Assembly: GCF_009914755.1 (NCBI RefSeq)
Contig: NC_060939.1
Source: the human T2T-CHM13v2.0 reference genome, Homo sapiens
DNA length: 64,000 nucleotides
Reading direction: 5' to 3' (one strand)
The translations under genes and the position numbers were made by a program. This document shows positions 1 through 13,825 of this stretch, one piece after another. Below the pieces are notes generated by a model that saw only the letters and a program-made list of their open reading frames with translations, made no database searches and was not told where the DNA came from. The first letter of the stretch is position 1, and the number at the start of each line of letters is the position of its first letter.

Positions 1-2211
1 CCTCACCCTCACCAAAAGCATATGTGTGTGTGTGTGCACACATGTACACACACTCACCATCAACTGCCACCCCAAATCAATTAAATATGATCTGGGGACT
101 AGGCACTTCTGTGGATTATCCCACTCAGTACTGGCCTCGATTAATGCAGATAATGGAGAGCTGACTGGATACAGCTTACAGTATTTAATCTTTCCCGGCA
201 TTGTATTTGCAGAAGCCAAAGTAATGAGATGGAAATAGGTTAACCAGCAAGACACCTGTCGCCGAAGCTCGTAGGCTAAAAAGATCAATACTTAAGGAGA
301 AATGTTTGTCTTTATGTTTTGCACCAGTGCTTCAGTCCAACATTTGGTCCTGGGAGGCTGAGGATAAAGTGTTAATGAATTAATTTTCTAGCTCATTCTG
401 AAAATAAATTACCCATTTCTTTGAGTTCCTTGTGTACCGAGGTCTGATGAGCCTTCTTGGTCAGTCCACGCACACCTCCACTTTGGAGCAAGGTTGTCAT
501 TCTGCACACATAGAAGCAGAGTCTGTTCTTGACTGGCCCTGGGGAAGCTAACAACTCCCAGGTTCCTGAGAGTTGGAACGTCCTTCTAGTGTCTAACTTC
601 AATCTCTCCTGCTGCGGCAACACTCATTTTCCTTCTCTTGCATCTATGCTGAGATCAGCAATCCCAGGCCACCTGATGGGCACCTCAGAATCCAATGGCT
701 GAGGATTGAGCCCTTCCTGCATCAATCTTGGGCTGGCCTGTTAGCCTCCCTGCGCTTGTGCAGCTGTGTGTGAGGGTTAAGCATCCCTGCCCTCCCTGCC
801 TTAAGGACTGCTTCCATGATCAAAGGTGAAGTTTCCTGAGTAAGGCTCTGCAAATCTGCAGCACCTCACGCCTGCCTCGGATTATTTCTCTCTGAACCTA
901 GACCCCAGGCATGGATACCCTTAAATCACAGACAAATATTAATAAAACCCAGCCTGTGAGGGCTGAAGGACTCTTACAGACAATGCAGTCCACAGCCTCT
1001 TTTCGAAAACAAAGAAATCGAGGCCCCAAAGGGAGGTGGCTTACCTCCATCACACAAACAACACCACTAAATGGTGGCAGAACTGCCTGAGTTGTCAATT
1101 CCTGGATTCCAGGCCTTTGTAGCTCCTCAGGCCACCCCACCAAGCCCTGGCTCCATTTGATCCTTGGCTAACTCTTGTAGGGTGTAGGGGTAGCGGTGGT
1201 GAGGGGGCAGAGGGATGCCCTGGCCAGGCAGGCCCCTCAGCACACCCTCCGCTCTGCCACCCCAGCCAGGATCAACTTGAAACAGCACAGAGGAGCCCGC
1301 CATCCCCGTGGGAGAGAAGCTGGAGTCCAGGCTCCCTGGAGAGGGAGTTAATACTGCAGCACGGCGCACTCTAGCCAAGGCGGAGAAGCTGCTGAGTCAC
1401 AGTCCAGCTGCCTGGCCAGCCCTGAGCTGCCTGCTGGGGCCCCCAGCTGCTCTCAGCCCAGGGGGCTGCCTCTGGCCCCCAGACAGGCTGCCTTCCCACC
1501 TCCTTCTCCAGAGACTCAGCATCTTGGGCCTCCAGGGTTCCCCACTCCCCAGCACCCCACAACATCTCCCAAACCCACAGGCAGCTGTCCTGGGGCGGAG
1601 GAGAGGGTCTTCCATTGGTTGAGTGTCAAGATGCTTGGGAGCACGCCAGGAAGGGTGGGGGACCCCGAATGAGTGATTGAGTGGGGACAGATGGAGGCTT
1701 GGGGACCAGTGGGCCCTGGGCTGCCTGGTGTAGGATACGGAAAGTGTGTGTGTGTGGGGGTGCACCCGTGGGCCCCAGGAGGTCTGTTGTGCGCATGCTC
1801 TGAGTGTGAGGGAGGACGGGTAGGACCGTGGGGGTCTGCCCTGGTCGTGCTCCCAAGAGAGGCACTGCTTTCTGCAGAGCGCGTGGGCAACTGTCAGCTG
1901 GGGAAGCGCTCACCAGGGGAAAGGGGAGCTCTCTGTGGCTTAGCAGTGATTAACCCACACAATCAATGGATCCTCCAGCCACAGTGTGAGCAGCTCTGCC
2001 TCATGTGAGGCACACAGCACCTTCCAGCACAGTCCCGATATCTTTCATGCCAGATGCACATCTTCAATTTCAGCTACAAACCATTACAAATTGATGCATT
2101 TTCTTTCTGACTAAATGTTACAAGGTTTGAACATACTATCTCTGCCGATCACCGCCCCTCTAAGGGATGGGTTTAGAGGTTTGGCACGAAAGCAAAAGCC
2201 TTTTAATAGGA

Positions 2212-4620
2212 GTGCGTGAGTGTGGTGGTGTGTGTGTGATGTGAGTGTGCATATGTGGTGTGTGTACGTGTGTGGTGGGTAGGGGTATACGTGGTGGTGT
2301 GTGTGTGTAGGATGTGTGTGCTGTATGTGTAGTGTGTAATGTGGGCTCTAGGGTGTGGGGGACAGTGGGGTGTGTGTATATGGTGTGTGTGTGTGATGTA
2401 GGGGGTGGTGTGGGTTAGGGGTGGAGGCTCTAGTGGGGTGTCAGGGGGTATGTGGGTAGTGGTGGGTAGTGGCATATGTGTGGTGTGTACATATGTGTGG
2501 TATGGGGGTATAGTGAGTTTGTGTGGGATGTGTGTGTCAGTGCATCTGTGGTGTGTGTAATATGTGTATGTGTTGTGTGTTGTGTGTAGTGAGGTATGTG
2601 TGCAGTGTGTAGTAGGGTGTGTGTGGTGTGTGTGTGGTGTGTGTTGTGTGGTGCATGTAGTGTGTAGTAGGGTGTGTATGTGTGGTGTGTGCATGTGGTG
2701 TGTGTGGTGTGTAGTAAGGTGTGTACGGTGTGTCTGTGTGGTGTGTAGTAGAGTGTGGATGTGTGTGTGGTGTGTGTGGTGTTTAGTAGTATGTGGGGTG
2801 TGTAGTGGGGTGTGTGTGTGATGTGTGTGTGGTATCTGTGTGGTGTGTGTGGTGTCACAGGGTGTGTGTGTGGTGTGTATGACATGTAGCACAGTGTGTG
2901 TGGTGTGTAGTAGGATGTGTGTGGTGTGTGTGTGTGTGCATGTGGTGTGTAGGGTGTGTGTGTGGTGTGTGTGCTGTGTGTGGTGTGTAGTAGGGTGTGT
3001 GTGTGGTGTGTAGTAGGGTATGTGTGGTGTGTAGTAGTGTGTGTGGTGTGTGGTGTGTGTGGCATGTAGTAGGGTGTGTGGTGTGTGTCTGTGTGGTGTG
3101 TGGTGTGTGTCTTTGTGGTATGTGTGGTTTGTAGTAGGCTGTGTGTGGTGTGTGTGGTGTGTAGTAGGGTGTGTGGTTTGTGCGTGGTGTGTAGTGGGGT
3201 GTGTGTGGTGTGTAGTAGGGTGTGTGTGTGGTTTGTGTGTGGTACGTGTGTGTGGTGTATGTGGCGTGTAGTAGGGTGTGTGGTTTGTCTGTGTGGTGTG
3301 TGTGTGGTGTGTATGGCATGTAGCATGGTGTGTGTGTGTGGTGTCTGGTGTGTAGTAGGGTGTGTGTGTGGTGTGTGTGTGTGATGTGTGCCTGTGTGGT
3401 ATGTGGCGTGTAGTAGGGTGTGTGGTGTGTGTCTGTGTGGTGTGTGTCTGTGTGGTGTGTGTGGTGTCTGTGTGTGCCATGTGTGGTATGTGTAGTGTGG
3501 TGTGTGTCTTTGTGGTGTGGCATGTAGTAGGTTGTGTGTGTGGTGTCTAGTAGGGTGTGTGGTGTGTAGTAGGGTGTGTGTGTGGTTTGTGTGTGGTGTG
3601 TGTGTGTGGCGTCTAACAGGGTGTGTGGTGTGTGTCTGTGTGGCGTGTGTGGCGTGTAGTAGGGTGTGTGTGATGTTTGTGGTGTGTGGTGTGTGTGGTG
3701 TGTGTGGCGTTTAGTAGGGTGTGTGTGGTGTGTGTGTGGTGTCTAGTAGGGTGTGTGGTGTGTAGTAGGGTGTGTGTGTGGTTTGTGTGTGGTGTGTGTG
3801 TGTTGTGTGTGGCCTGTAATAGGGTGTGTGGTGTGTGTCTGTGTGGTGTGTGTGGCATGTAGTAGGGTGTGTGTGTGATGTGTGTGGTGTGTGTGTGGCG
3901 TGTAGTAGGGTGTGTGTGTGGTGTGTGTGGCGTGTAGTAGGGTGTTTGTGTGATGTGTGTGGTGTGTGTGGCGTGTAGTAGGGTGTGTGTGTGGTGTGTG
4001 TGGTGTGTGTGGCGTGTAGTAGGGTGTGTGTGTGATGTGTGTGGTGTGTGTGTGGCGTGTAGTAGGGTGTGTGTGTGGTGTGTGTGGCGTGTAGTAGGGT
4101 GTGTGTGTGATGTGTGTGGTGTGTGTGTGGCATGTAGTAGGGTGTGTGTGTGGTGTGTGTCTGTGTGGTGTGTGTGGCATGTAGTAGGGTGTGTGATGTT
4201 TGTGGTGTGTGGTATGTGTGTGGTGTGTGTCTGTGTGGTGTGTGTGGTGTGTAGTAGGGTGTGTGTGTGGTTTGTGTGTGGTGTGTGTGTGTTGTGTGTG
4301 GCCTGTAATAGGGTGTGTGGTGTGTGTCTGTGTGGTGTGTGTGGCATGTAGTAGGGTGTGTGTGTGATGTGTGTGGTGTGTGTGTGGCATGTAGTAGGGT
4401 GTGTGTGTGGTGTGTGTCTGTGTGGTGTGTGTGGCATGTAGTAGGGTGTGTGTGTGATGTGTGTGGTGTGTGTGTGGCATGTAGTAGGGTGTGTGTGTGG
4501 TGTGTGTCTGTGTGGTGTGTGTGGCATGTAGTAGGGTGTGTGATGTTTGTGGTGTGTGGTATGTGTGTGGTGTGTGTCTGTGTGGTGTGTGTGGTGTGTA
4601 GTAGGGTGTGTGTGTGGCGT
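2212..4620. repeat. Compound (GT)-rich VNTR/minisatellite with recurring GTAGTAGGG core and higher-order units
   Basis: About 2.4 kb of GT/GGT repeats punctuated roughly every 40-50 nt by 'ggcatgtagtagggtgtgtg'-type cores. Degenerate at the left end, near-perfect 43/47-nt units at the right end. Confidence 0.95.
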
Positions 4621-5619
4621 GGACTGGGGGTGTAAGGGGAGGGGGTGTTGCCAGTGTGCGGGGAGGGGGAAGGGAGCAGGGGCAGGAGCCCGGGCTGGGT
4701 GGCAGGTGCCCCCGCTCAAGCTGCGGGAGAGTAGCTGGAGAGACCGCAGCCTCCTCCCCAGCCTGGAGGCCCGGCTCCTCCCTTCCTGTGGCCCGGCGAG
4801 GAGACCTAGTGGTGCCCCCTGCTGTCCGTCCAGGAGCCTGCCGCCTGCCTCCAGCCCCATCTCCACCCAAGCCAGGCCCATGCCCTCCGCACACAGCCGC
4901 ACCCCCGCCAGGCTCACTGCCTCCCAGGCCCCCAGTCAACGCTCACACCCTGGAAAGGAGGAGGTGGGCAACCGGTGGGAGGCCGGAGGCAGAAGGAGGC
5001 TCCATCAACCCAGTAATGGAGCAGAACATCAGCACTGTGGCATCTGCTAGCCGGCAGCACCGGGGTGGGGGTCCTGTCTCCATCTCTCAGGCCCAGCTGA
5101 AATGGGTGACAGCAGCCAGTGCAGGGACGTGGCAGAGAATGCCAGAAAGGCTGTGTATGTGTATGTGGGTGCACGTGAGCGCCATGTGTATGAACACCAT
5201 GTATGAATGTATAAACATGCATGAACCGGCACTGTGAACATGCATACAAACATTGCGTGCAGGTGCATTACACTGCCACATGTAGAAATGTGAGAAGCCC
5301 CAGGGAAGGGAGGGCTGGGGGTCTGGGGCCACAGGACTTGTCCCGGAAGCTGGGGTGATAGCTACAGGCCCCGTACTTGGGTAATGGGAGGGGGTGGACT
5401 ACGGTGCAGGTCACCTTACAGCCTCGGGGTTGGAAGAGACCACAGGGTCACCAGCCCCCACCCTCCCTCTGCAGCGGCAACTCTTGCCAGACCCTCTGTC
5501 TCCAAAGGTGGCAAGAGGTCTGGGACCTGAAAGAGGCATCAGGAGACCTGGTTTCTCTCCACTTCTTTCCATCCTTTGGAAAGTGGCTTTGCATCTCCCA
5601 AGATAGCCTCTCAGCTTTC

Positions 5620-5877
5620 ATTTTTTTTTTTTTTTTGAGACAGGGTCTCACTCTGTCACCCAGGCTGGAGAGCAGTGGCGCAATCACAGCTCACTGCAGC
5701 CTCGACCCCCACGAGTAGCTGGGACTACAGGCGCACCACCATGCCCGGCTCTTTTTTGTAGAGAAGGTGTCTCGCTATGTTGCCCAGGATGGTCTCAAAC
5801 TCCTGGGCTCAAGCAATTCACCTGCCTCAGCCTCCCAAAGGGCTGAGATTACAGGCCTGAGCCACCGCATGCGGCCT
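5620..5877 (-). mobile_element. Alu (AluJ-like, internal deletion)
   Basis: Poly(T) followed by antisense Alu body. 18-bp TSD agatagcctctcagcttt at 5601-5618 and 5878-5895. Confidence 0.93.
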
Positions 5878-5974
5878 AGATAGCCTCTCAGCTTTTAGAA
5901 CCGAGCCTTCCGAGATGCTTGGAGAGTTCTACCTCTGAAGGCGAGCGGGCACAAAGAGTAGTGGGGTCATGAGA

Positions 5975-6180
5975 GAACTTGGGCTTTAGAACAGCCAGGG
6001 CTGCTTTCCAACCTGACACTTAGCAGCTCTGCAGCCCTGGGAGATGAGTTCATTTCCCTGGGATCATTTCTTAGCTACAAACCGAGGATCAGGTGCCTGT
6101 CTCACAGGGATGTTATGAGGATTGAAGAGGCCACATGTGCTGGCACAAAGTGGTCCCTAAATAAATACTCATTTCCTTTC
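5975..6180 (+). mobile_element. MIR SINE fragment (one of many MIRs in 1-27 kb, e.g. ~8065-8215, 13290-13490, 16070-16300, 20100-20230, 21030-21200, 22140-22230)
   Basis: MIR core-like words such as 'tctcacagggatgttatgaggatt'; the other copies carry 'ttacagatgaggaaactgagg'-type motifs. Confidence 0.65.
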
Positions 6181-8794
6181 CTCAGTTCTCCTCTCAGCGG
6201 GGCTAGGCCGAGTCCATGCTGACCATGGACTCAAGGACGGACCTTGTGTTACCCACAACGAGGGGTGCAGTGCTCGCCAAGTCAGGGACTCTGAGCCAGC
6301 CCCGGCTCTGTCCAGGAGGGCAAGGGTTGCTGCAGAGGTTGTGCGGCTGGGGAGCCTGAGGCCCAGAATTCTCTTCCCTGGCTCTGTGTGTTCCTCTTGC
6401 AGAGACTGCGTCACTTCTTCCTGGTGTCAAAGGTACTTGTATAAGCAGCTCAGCTCCTGGAGGATCACTAAGGCTGTGAGGTGGGAACGTGTCTTGTTCA
6501 CGACTGCATTTCCTGCCAGCTCCCAGAGGAGCAGCCTGATTGCTGAGCCTGGTAGCAGGCAATGGAGGAGGTGGGGGATCTCAGCAGGCACTGCCCCCCC
6601 AACTCTGGCAACCTCTGTCCCATCAAGCTCCCTGCTAAAGGAGAGAAGAGAAACCCCAAAGCCGAAAGAGGCACCCTGTCTAGTTCAGACCCTGACACCC
6701 AGGGCCTGAGTGGTCATGGGTGGGGTGTGGATGGGCAGGCGCACTGCCTTGCGGTGCTCCACTATAGGTAGGCAGGCCCGTGGCTCCCCATGGGGAAAGA
6801 AGGTCCAGTGCAGCTCAGGTTCTCTGGAGAGTCATGCGCGAAGGAAGGGCATGAAGACCACTTCCCCAGTTAATGAGGGTTTGGCCAGGAGTTGTCTGCC
6901 TTACCCAACCTTGAAAATAACCCCTAGCATGTTTAATTGCTTAAAAATCCACTCTTTCCTCTGATCTTCACTTTCGTTTTCTCCAAATCCTATGTCAGGC
7001 TCCGTGCTAAGTGCTGGGAATACAAGAAGAATAAAACCCAACCCCATCCTGAAGCAGCTCACGGGGAGACAACAGAGCTCAGGCCTTTGGGAGGTGCAGC
7101 AGATGTGGTTCTGCCCCTTGACAGAGGAGACAGCTAAGGCTCAGAGATCAGCTTGCCCAAGGCCTCCCGGTGCACTTGAACCCTGACTTCCTAGCACTCA
7201 GCCCAGGGCTCTTTCCTTCCCAACAAACAGCCCCAGGGAGCTCCTGAAGCACACTGGGAAGGTGGGTCTAACGGGAAGACCACAAAGGCACCGGGCTCAG
7301 AGGTGGGTGCCGGGGGCAGGGAGGGAGACCTCCACTGTGCCCACTCCGTTCCAGCGGTGTATTTCATTTCATCCGGGCCCTGTGAGGTGGGGACTGTGAT
7401 TCCCATTTTGTAATTGAGGAAACTGGGCCTCAGGCGGAGCGAAACAGGTCGCTCGCTCACAGCACCCTTTCCCAGAGGACGGAAACAGCTGTACTCCCAG
7501 GCAGCAGAGTAGCTCGCTTTGGGCCACACCGGGACCTGGGAGAGGTCATGAGACGTCTGGAGAGCCCAGCCTGCTCTCAGTGGGAGCTGGGAGCCAGCCA
7601 AGGAAGGTGCAGTCTGGTCCTCCCGTTTCCAAGAGCGCCTCCGTCCTTCCAGATGCTGGCCAGGCGCCAGGGACAGAGATGTACCCATCACTCTTCAGAC
7701 AGAGATGCCCATTATCACCAACACCTATGACAGCTCGTGGTCTCCAGAAACTAAAGTGGAGCATGCAAGTCCCGGGGGCACAATTAGGTGCTCCAAAGAA
7801 GCCAGCTCTCTCCTGCCTGACCGGGAGCCGGGACAGACATGGGAGGTAGGGGCCAGGAGGGATGAACCATGGCCTCAAAACACCCATGGGCTGGAGGAGG
7901 GGAGCAATGAGGGGGAGAATTCCAAATTGGAAAGCCTCAACTTGGAATTCTATGTGGATCCAAACCTAGAAGACAGCTCTGCTGAGGAAGAGGAGCCAAG
8001 TGAAACACCAGGTGCAGCCAAGTGGGGTGAATTAGCACCTGGGCTCTGGACAGACTGACCTGGACTGGAGTCTCAGCTCTGTCACTTTTAGCCATGGGAA
8101 CTTGAGCAGGTTGCTTAACCTCTCTTGGCCTCAGCACTCCATCTGCATAACGGGAATGATAATGGAAGCTGCTGTGCAGTGCTGCGAGGCTTAGGAGCAC
8201 TGTATGTAAAGCATGGCATTATGTCCATGGCTGGTTCCTGAGCCAGGCTGGGCACAGGCCTGTCAGAAGCACACGGGGATGGCTCCAGTGGAGAGGTGGG
8301 GCAGCCTCTCTGCTAACCCCCTATTAAGGGCCAGATTAAGCCACCCCTTTTTAAAATTTCCTGGGATAATTCAGGCCTCTCTTAATCAATGGTCCTCCTT
8401 CTACCCATGCCTTTAGCTCCAGCCCAGACGGCCTTCTTGATGCCCACCTCTGGGCCAAGTCCTCTCTTCTGAGCCACTGCACTATCCCTGGCTTCTTTCC
8501 TGCCCCTGTGTCCAGATCCTGCCAAGCCTTTCCCCGTCCTCCAGCCCACCTTCCCCAATACTCAGGCCTCTCAGCAGCCATGGCTTCTCCAACCGTGGCT
8601 GCTGAGTCTCTATTTTGGTTGCTCTAATTTTCAAGTTCTCATTTGTGGGTATCTGACCACATCCTCCTCTCAGAAGTCAGCAGAGTCTAGCTGTTCTTCC
8701 TCTAGCTGCCACTCCCATCCTATAGATGACAACACTGGGATGTGAAGAGGTGAGGTTGCCCAGACTCCCCAAGGATGTCCCAGGCAAAACCTAT

Positions 8795-8978
8795 CCCTAG
8801 TGTGGTGGCTCATGCCTGTAATCCCAGCACTTTGGGAGGTTGAGGCCAGCCTGGACAGCACAGTGAAACCCCATCTCTACAAAAAATTTTAAAATTAGCC
8901 AGGCATGGTAGTGCATGCCTGTCGTCCCAGCTACTCAGGAGGCTAAGGTGGGAGAATCACTGGAGCCCAGGAGTTTGA
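8795..8978 (+). mobile_element. Alu, truncated/deleted (AluJ-like)
   Basis: gtggtggctcatgcctgtaatcccagcactttgggagg...gagcccaggagtttga; no poly(A) tail. Confidence 0.85.
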
Positions 8979-10286
8979 CATTAGGTGAGACCTAGCCATG
9001 CCAGCAGACCAGCCAAGCGGCCATACCCAGCAGGCAGCTTGGAGGGGAGGGGCAGGTGTGTTGCTCAGAAGTGACTCTGGAAGTCACTAGCACAAAAGAA
9101 TAATCCGCTGGGGAGAGTGTGGGCATAAGAAGAAATCCAGAGATGGGCTTCTAGAAATATCAGCATTTGGAGGATTTGTAGAGAAAGAGGAAAGCCAGGG
9201 AGATTGAGGAATGACCAGGAATCGGAGGAAAGCTCTGAAGAACAGAAAATGACTCCATGGCAATAGAGCGGTTACACCGGAGGGGCAGGCAGGGGCTGGG
9301 AGGGGACAGGGATCCTTCTGGGGAATTTCTTTGGTGATTATACTGGTGCATATATCCATAAGTTGTGCACTTTGCTGAATCTAAGTTATAACTTCATCAA
9401 AAAGAAAAACGAATGTGCAGAGCAGAAAGAGCTAGGGGTGGACCCCTGGCTCCCACACACTCTGGCTTGACCAGGTGCTGGAGGACACCATGGGTAGAGA
9501 GAGCATAGACCCTAATAGAGCGCCGTGCATCCCATCGCCAACCGGCTTTCCCATGATGCACAGGCGCTTCTGCTGAGAACCACAGGGCAAAGGCACCTAG
9601 AACCAGGGAGCCACTGAGGAAAGGCTTCCTGGAAAAGCAGCAGGGAGCCAAGGTTTAGGAGGAGATGGGGTGGGCTTGGAAGAGGCTGGCCAGTTTCCAG
9701 GCAAGAGACGTCCACCTGGGTGGGTGTCTGGCAACCACAGACCATGATGGGACCCCTCACAGCCACCACCCTGGAAAGCGCAGCGATGACAGCTGACTTG
9801 GGAAGGTGATGACACGGCAGAACACACCCCGGCTCCAGAGACGCCATCATCTGGGACCCTCTCCACAGAGCCTGACTTAGGGCAGGAGAGCCTCCCTGGT
9901 CCAGGACACCAGAGGCCTCAAGGTTTTCCCTCACAGGAGCCTCTTTCCACACCCCCGGCCCCAGCAAACATTTGAGAATGGGCCGTTGCCCTGCCTAGCA
10001 GTACACAGGGCTCTGGCCTCCCTGCTCTGGGCCAGAGGAGAGGGGAAATGGAATTGGGCAGAGGACTGTCCCTTCATATGACCACTGGTGACAAACACTG
10101 TGTCCTGCAGAGCACGGCCCAGGATGAAGCACCTCCACCCACACACATGGCATTCGGCAGCTGCAGGGCCCAGCCCTGCACCATTTCTGAAGGTCCACAC
10201 ATAGCACATATCACAGCTGAGGAAACTGACAGCCAGAGAGAGGAAGGGACTTGTCCGAAGTGACAGAGTAAGAAGCCTGCCTTACT

Positions 10287-10382
10287 GTGCTCTTCCAAGC
10301 TGGCTTGGAATCCAGTGCTCTTCCAAGTGCTCTTCCAAGCTTGGAATCCAGTGCTCTTCCAAATCATCCAGTGCTCTTCCAA
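10287..10382. repeat. Micro-duplication cluster: 5 copies of GTGCTCTTCCAA
   Basis: Copies start at 10287, 10315, 10327, 10351 and 10371, with irregular spacers; includes palindrome TTCCAAGCTTGGAA. Confidence 0.9.
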
Positions 10383-13300
10383 ACTGGCAAAATCCTGAGC
10401 CTCGGAGAGGCTTACTGAGCTCCCTGCCTACCAAAGCCAGCATGGGTGAGCATCTGTGGCTCTCTGGAACCGCAGGGAGTTCCAGTCACCCTGCTGATGA
10501 CCCCTGCTTGGAGCTATAACTATAAGTGGAATACCTGGGGTGGCTCCTATTAGACCCTGACTCCCTGGAGCTGGCAACAGAGAACCAGCATGTAACAGTC
10601 CCCACAGACGGAGCTAGCCTGCATCAGGGTTTCTAATGTTCTGCTGCAGGTTCACTTCGCACTTGAGAAGGAGGAACGACTTCAGTTTTTTTCTAGCAGC
10701 TTCTTGGCTCTTCCCAGTGGCCCCTCCCCCAAGCAAAGTCCCCTGAGAGGAAAAAATCACACCACATCTTTGTGGATCAGTGGTGCCTCTGCCCCCACCC
10801 AAGACACCGGGCATGTTTCCTCATGAAGAGTGACTTGCGGCTCCTTCGCAGCACTGAGGGCTGGAGCCAGAAGAAGGATGAACCCACTGCGGGGGTCTTC
10901 TCTCTTCATGTTGGAAAACAGATTTAGGCTCAAAATGAAGGAGGGTTTTTGCACAGTCAGCACCACCCATTGATGAGTTCGTGGTCCCAGGAGGTAATGA
11001 GTGCTCCATCATCGGGAGCATTCAAGCTGAGGTTAGCCCACTATTGGGAGGGATATTATAGACAGGACTCAGGTAAGGGGACACAGCATTGACCTAGATG
11101 AAATTTGAGGTCCCCCTTCCAACCCTGAGAGCCTCTAAATCTCTGACATCTCCATCCCAGCCCTTGCTGCCAATTGGCCTCATTTGCCTGGCCCTGCTGG
11201 TTTGCCAGGCAGTTTGTCCTCAGAGAGAAGTAGCTGCCAATTATGTGGGGACCACAAGAGTTTCCTTTATGACATCACCACTCTGCAGGAAGGGGCTGAG
11301 GTGGGGTAAGAGAGGAGAAACAAGACAGAAGGTGGTACCAGAGAAGGAGTCAGCTCCCCAGGGCCTGGAATCTGCAGTGTTGCCACCACTAGGTAATTTG
11401 TGGGGCACACTGCTGTTGGGGTCTCAGGAAGCCAAGTCTGGGCCCAGAAGGGAAATAGCCCAGTTCTGGCCTCCTGACTGGGGTGGGGGACTGTCAAGGG
11501 AAAAATAAGCCCAGGCTAGCTCTCTGAGGCTCATTAGAGAAAAAGGTAAATGTCGAAGACGTGTCATGGCAGGCAGCTCATTAAGCCCACGGAGCTTAAA
11601 AATAGTGAGACACACAGATATTGGGGGATGGGGAGCTGGGGATGAGACGCCGGCTCATCACACTGCAGGGAAGAACAGCAAACCTGGGAGAAAGTGACTC
11701 TATAACCAGTGGAAGAAAGGCTGTGTAGCCATCACCGGATCTCTGGGTAAGCTTGGCGCACAGGGCTGCTGGAAATGTCAGACCCTGTTCTGTCGATGAG
11801 AAGACTAAGCCCAGAGGAGGGTGTTCCCAGGCATTACCCAACAGGCTCGACTGTTCTCCATGCAGGGGAAGAGAGAAGACACAGAGACACAGACCTGCCC
11901 CGGAGGAATCCAGAGCCCACCTGCCCAGAGAGGCTCCACCTGATTTCCCTGGCTCTGGGCACCCCCTTAAAAGCCCTTTATGCCATCTTTCCTTTCAGTC
12001 GAGTGATGCAGGATTTGGGACCAGACAGCCTTTGCTCAAATCCTTCCACAGTTATCTACCAGCTTGGTGGCCTTGGAGAAGTTATTTCCCTGTTCTGGAT
12101 GTGCTTCCTCTTCTATAAACTAGAGACACTACAAATTCCCACCACAGAGGGGTAAATGCAGCATCCTGTACGTTATGTGTTTGGCACAGGACCTGGGATG
12201 CAGGAGGCACTCTGACCGGTGGCATCCAGGAAGTAAGGAATATGGACTAAAGGGAGGGCCAAGGAAAAGTTTACAGGCTGTGGCTGTGCAGTTGGAAGAT
12301 GCAGAAGCGCCTCGCTGGGTGCTGCCAGGTTAGGTTTGCAGAATGCAGTGAATGCTCTTGCTGACAAAGGATGGGGATAAGTGAACTGGGTAATCATGAC
12401 CTAGGGGAAGCCACTAGCTCAAATACTGATCCCTATTTAAGTCACCAAAATATGCTGGGCACCCAGTGGGTGCCCAGCGCTTTCCCATAAGTGATCCCAA
12501 ACCAGGAGCTAGTCCAAGCCTCCAAAGGTGGCTGGGTAGTTCATTGGAATGAGGGCTGCAGTGACTCCAGAGGGAGCAGGACTCCAGAGGAGCAGGACTC
12601 AAGAGAAGGGGAGCCAGGGAAGACTGAGGGGATGTGTAGGTGAGGTGGCTCTTTTCTGGCTGAGAGAAGAGAAGGTCCCCAGCCCACACCAAGGGCTCCA
12701 TAATGGAAGGGAGGCCTAGGGTGGGTCCTCCCCCTCCCCATCTTCATCCCACTCAGCCCCTACCTGGCCTTTAACACACTGGGTGGGAGAAGTGTTGCTG
12801 AGCACAGCAGTGACCTGAGGCCCTGGGCACTCATCCCAGTTTAGCTCCACAGGGGACTCCAGTTGCTGAGGAAGAATATAGAACTTATATAGGATGGGGG
12901 AGCTGGAAGGAAACTTAGGATCAATTGTTCCAGCCTCTAATTGAATGGTGGGGAAACCCAGAGACAGAGAAAGGAAATTACTACCCCTTCCAAGCCAGTG
13001 AGAGAGCCAGATCTAGAATCCAGGGCTCTTTCCATGATATTGCACCTCCCATCTCAGTCCTGTCTTTATGAAATGCCATATTGAAGCTTTATGTATTGGG
13101 GAAATTTAACTGAGGCTCAAACGGACACAAATTCCCTAAAGCCACATGGTGAGTCAGACAGCGAAATGCAAGGTGTCTGGTCCTTTCCCAGCATCCAACG
13201 AACGTTTCTTGGGCACCTACTACAGTCAGGCTGGGAGCACTTTCAGACGTTCTCTCACTTAAATCTCACATGTGGGAGCAAGTTGGTGGAAGAGCGAAGG

Positions 13301-13522
13301 GCCAGAGGCCAGGGTCCAAATCCTGGCTCTCTTAGCTGAGTCTCCTTGGACAAATCCCTTGATGTCCCTCAAATGATGCCTCCATTTCTTCACTTTATAA
13401 GAAGGGGATTCATAATAGTACCTACCTTGTAGAGTATTATGATAATTAAAGGAGACTATCCATATGAAATACTTAGAACAGAGCCTAGTAATATAAATAT
13501 ACCATTTAAAAATAAGTATACT

Positions 13523-13825
<303 letters not shown>

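Noticed and set aside
2212-4620. Interstitial telomeric array (TAGGG cores)
   Set aside because: Cores are isolated GTAGGG words 40-50 nt apart, not tandem TTAGGG.
2203-4939. Long His/Thr-rich and Val/Cys-rich ORFs (up to 434 aa)
   Set aside because: Translations of the GT/CA VNTR; the lack of stops follows from low complexity.
4815-5050. REST/RE1-like half sites (gctgtcc, tcagcac)
   Set aside because: Only partial matches; no full 21-bp RE1.
6210-6232. Perfect 9-bp hairpin gagtccatg-N5-catggactc
   Set aside because: A few stems of this length are expected by chance in 64 kb; no pre-miRNA-length extension.
7705-8058. 117-aa ORF with an acidic patch (EDSSAEEEE)
   Set aside because: No recognisable homology or convincing exon boundaries.
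10287-10382. CRISPR-like repeat-spacer pattern
   Set aside because: Primate DNA; 12-bp repeats with 0-16 nt spacers derived from each other; no cas genes.
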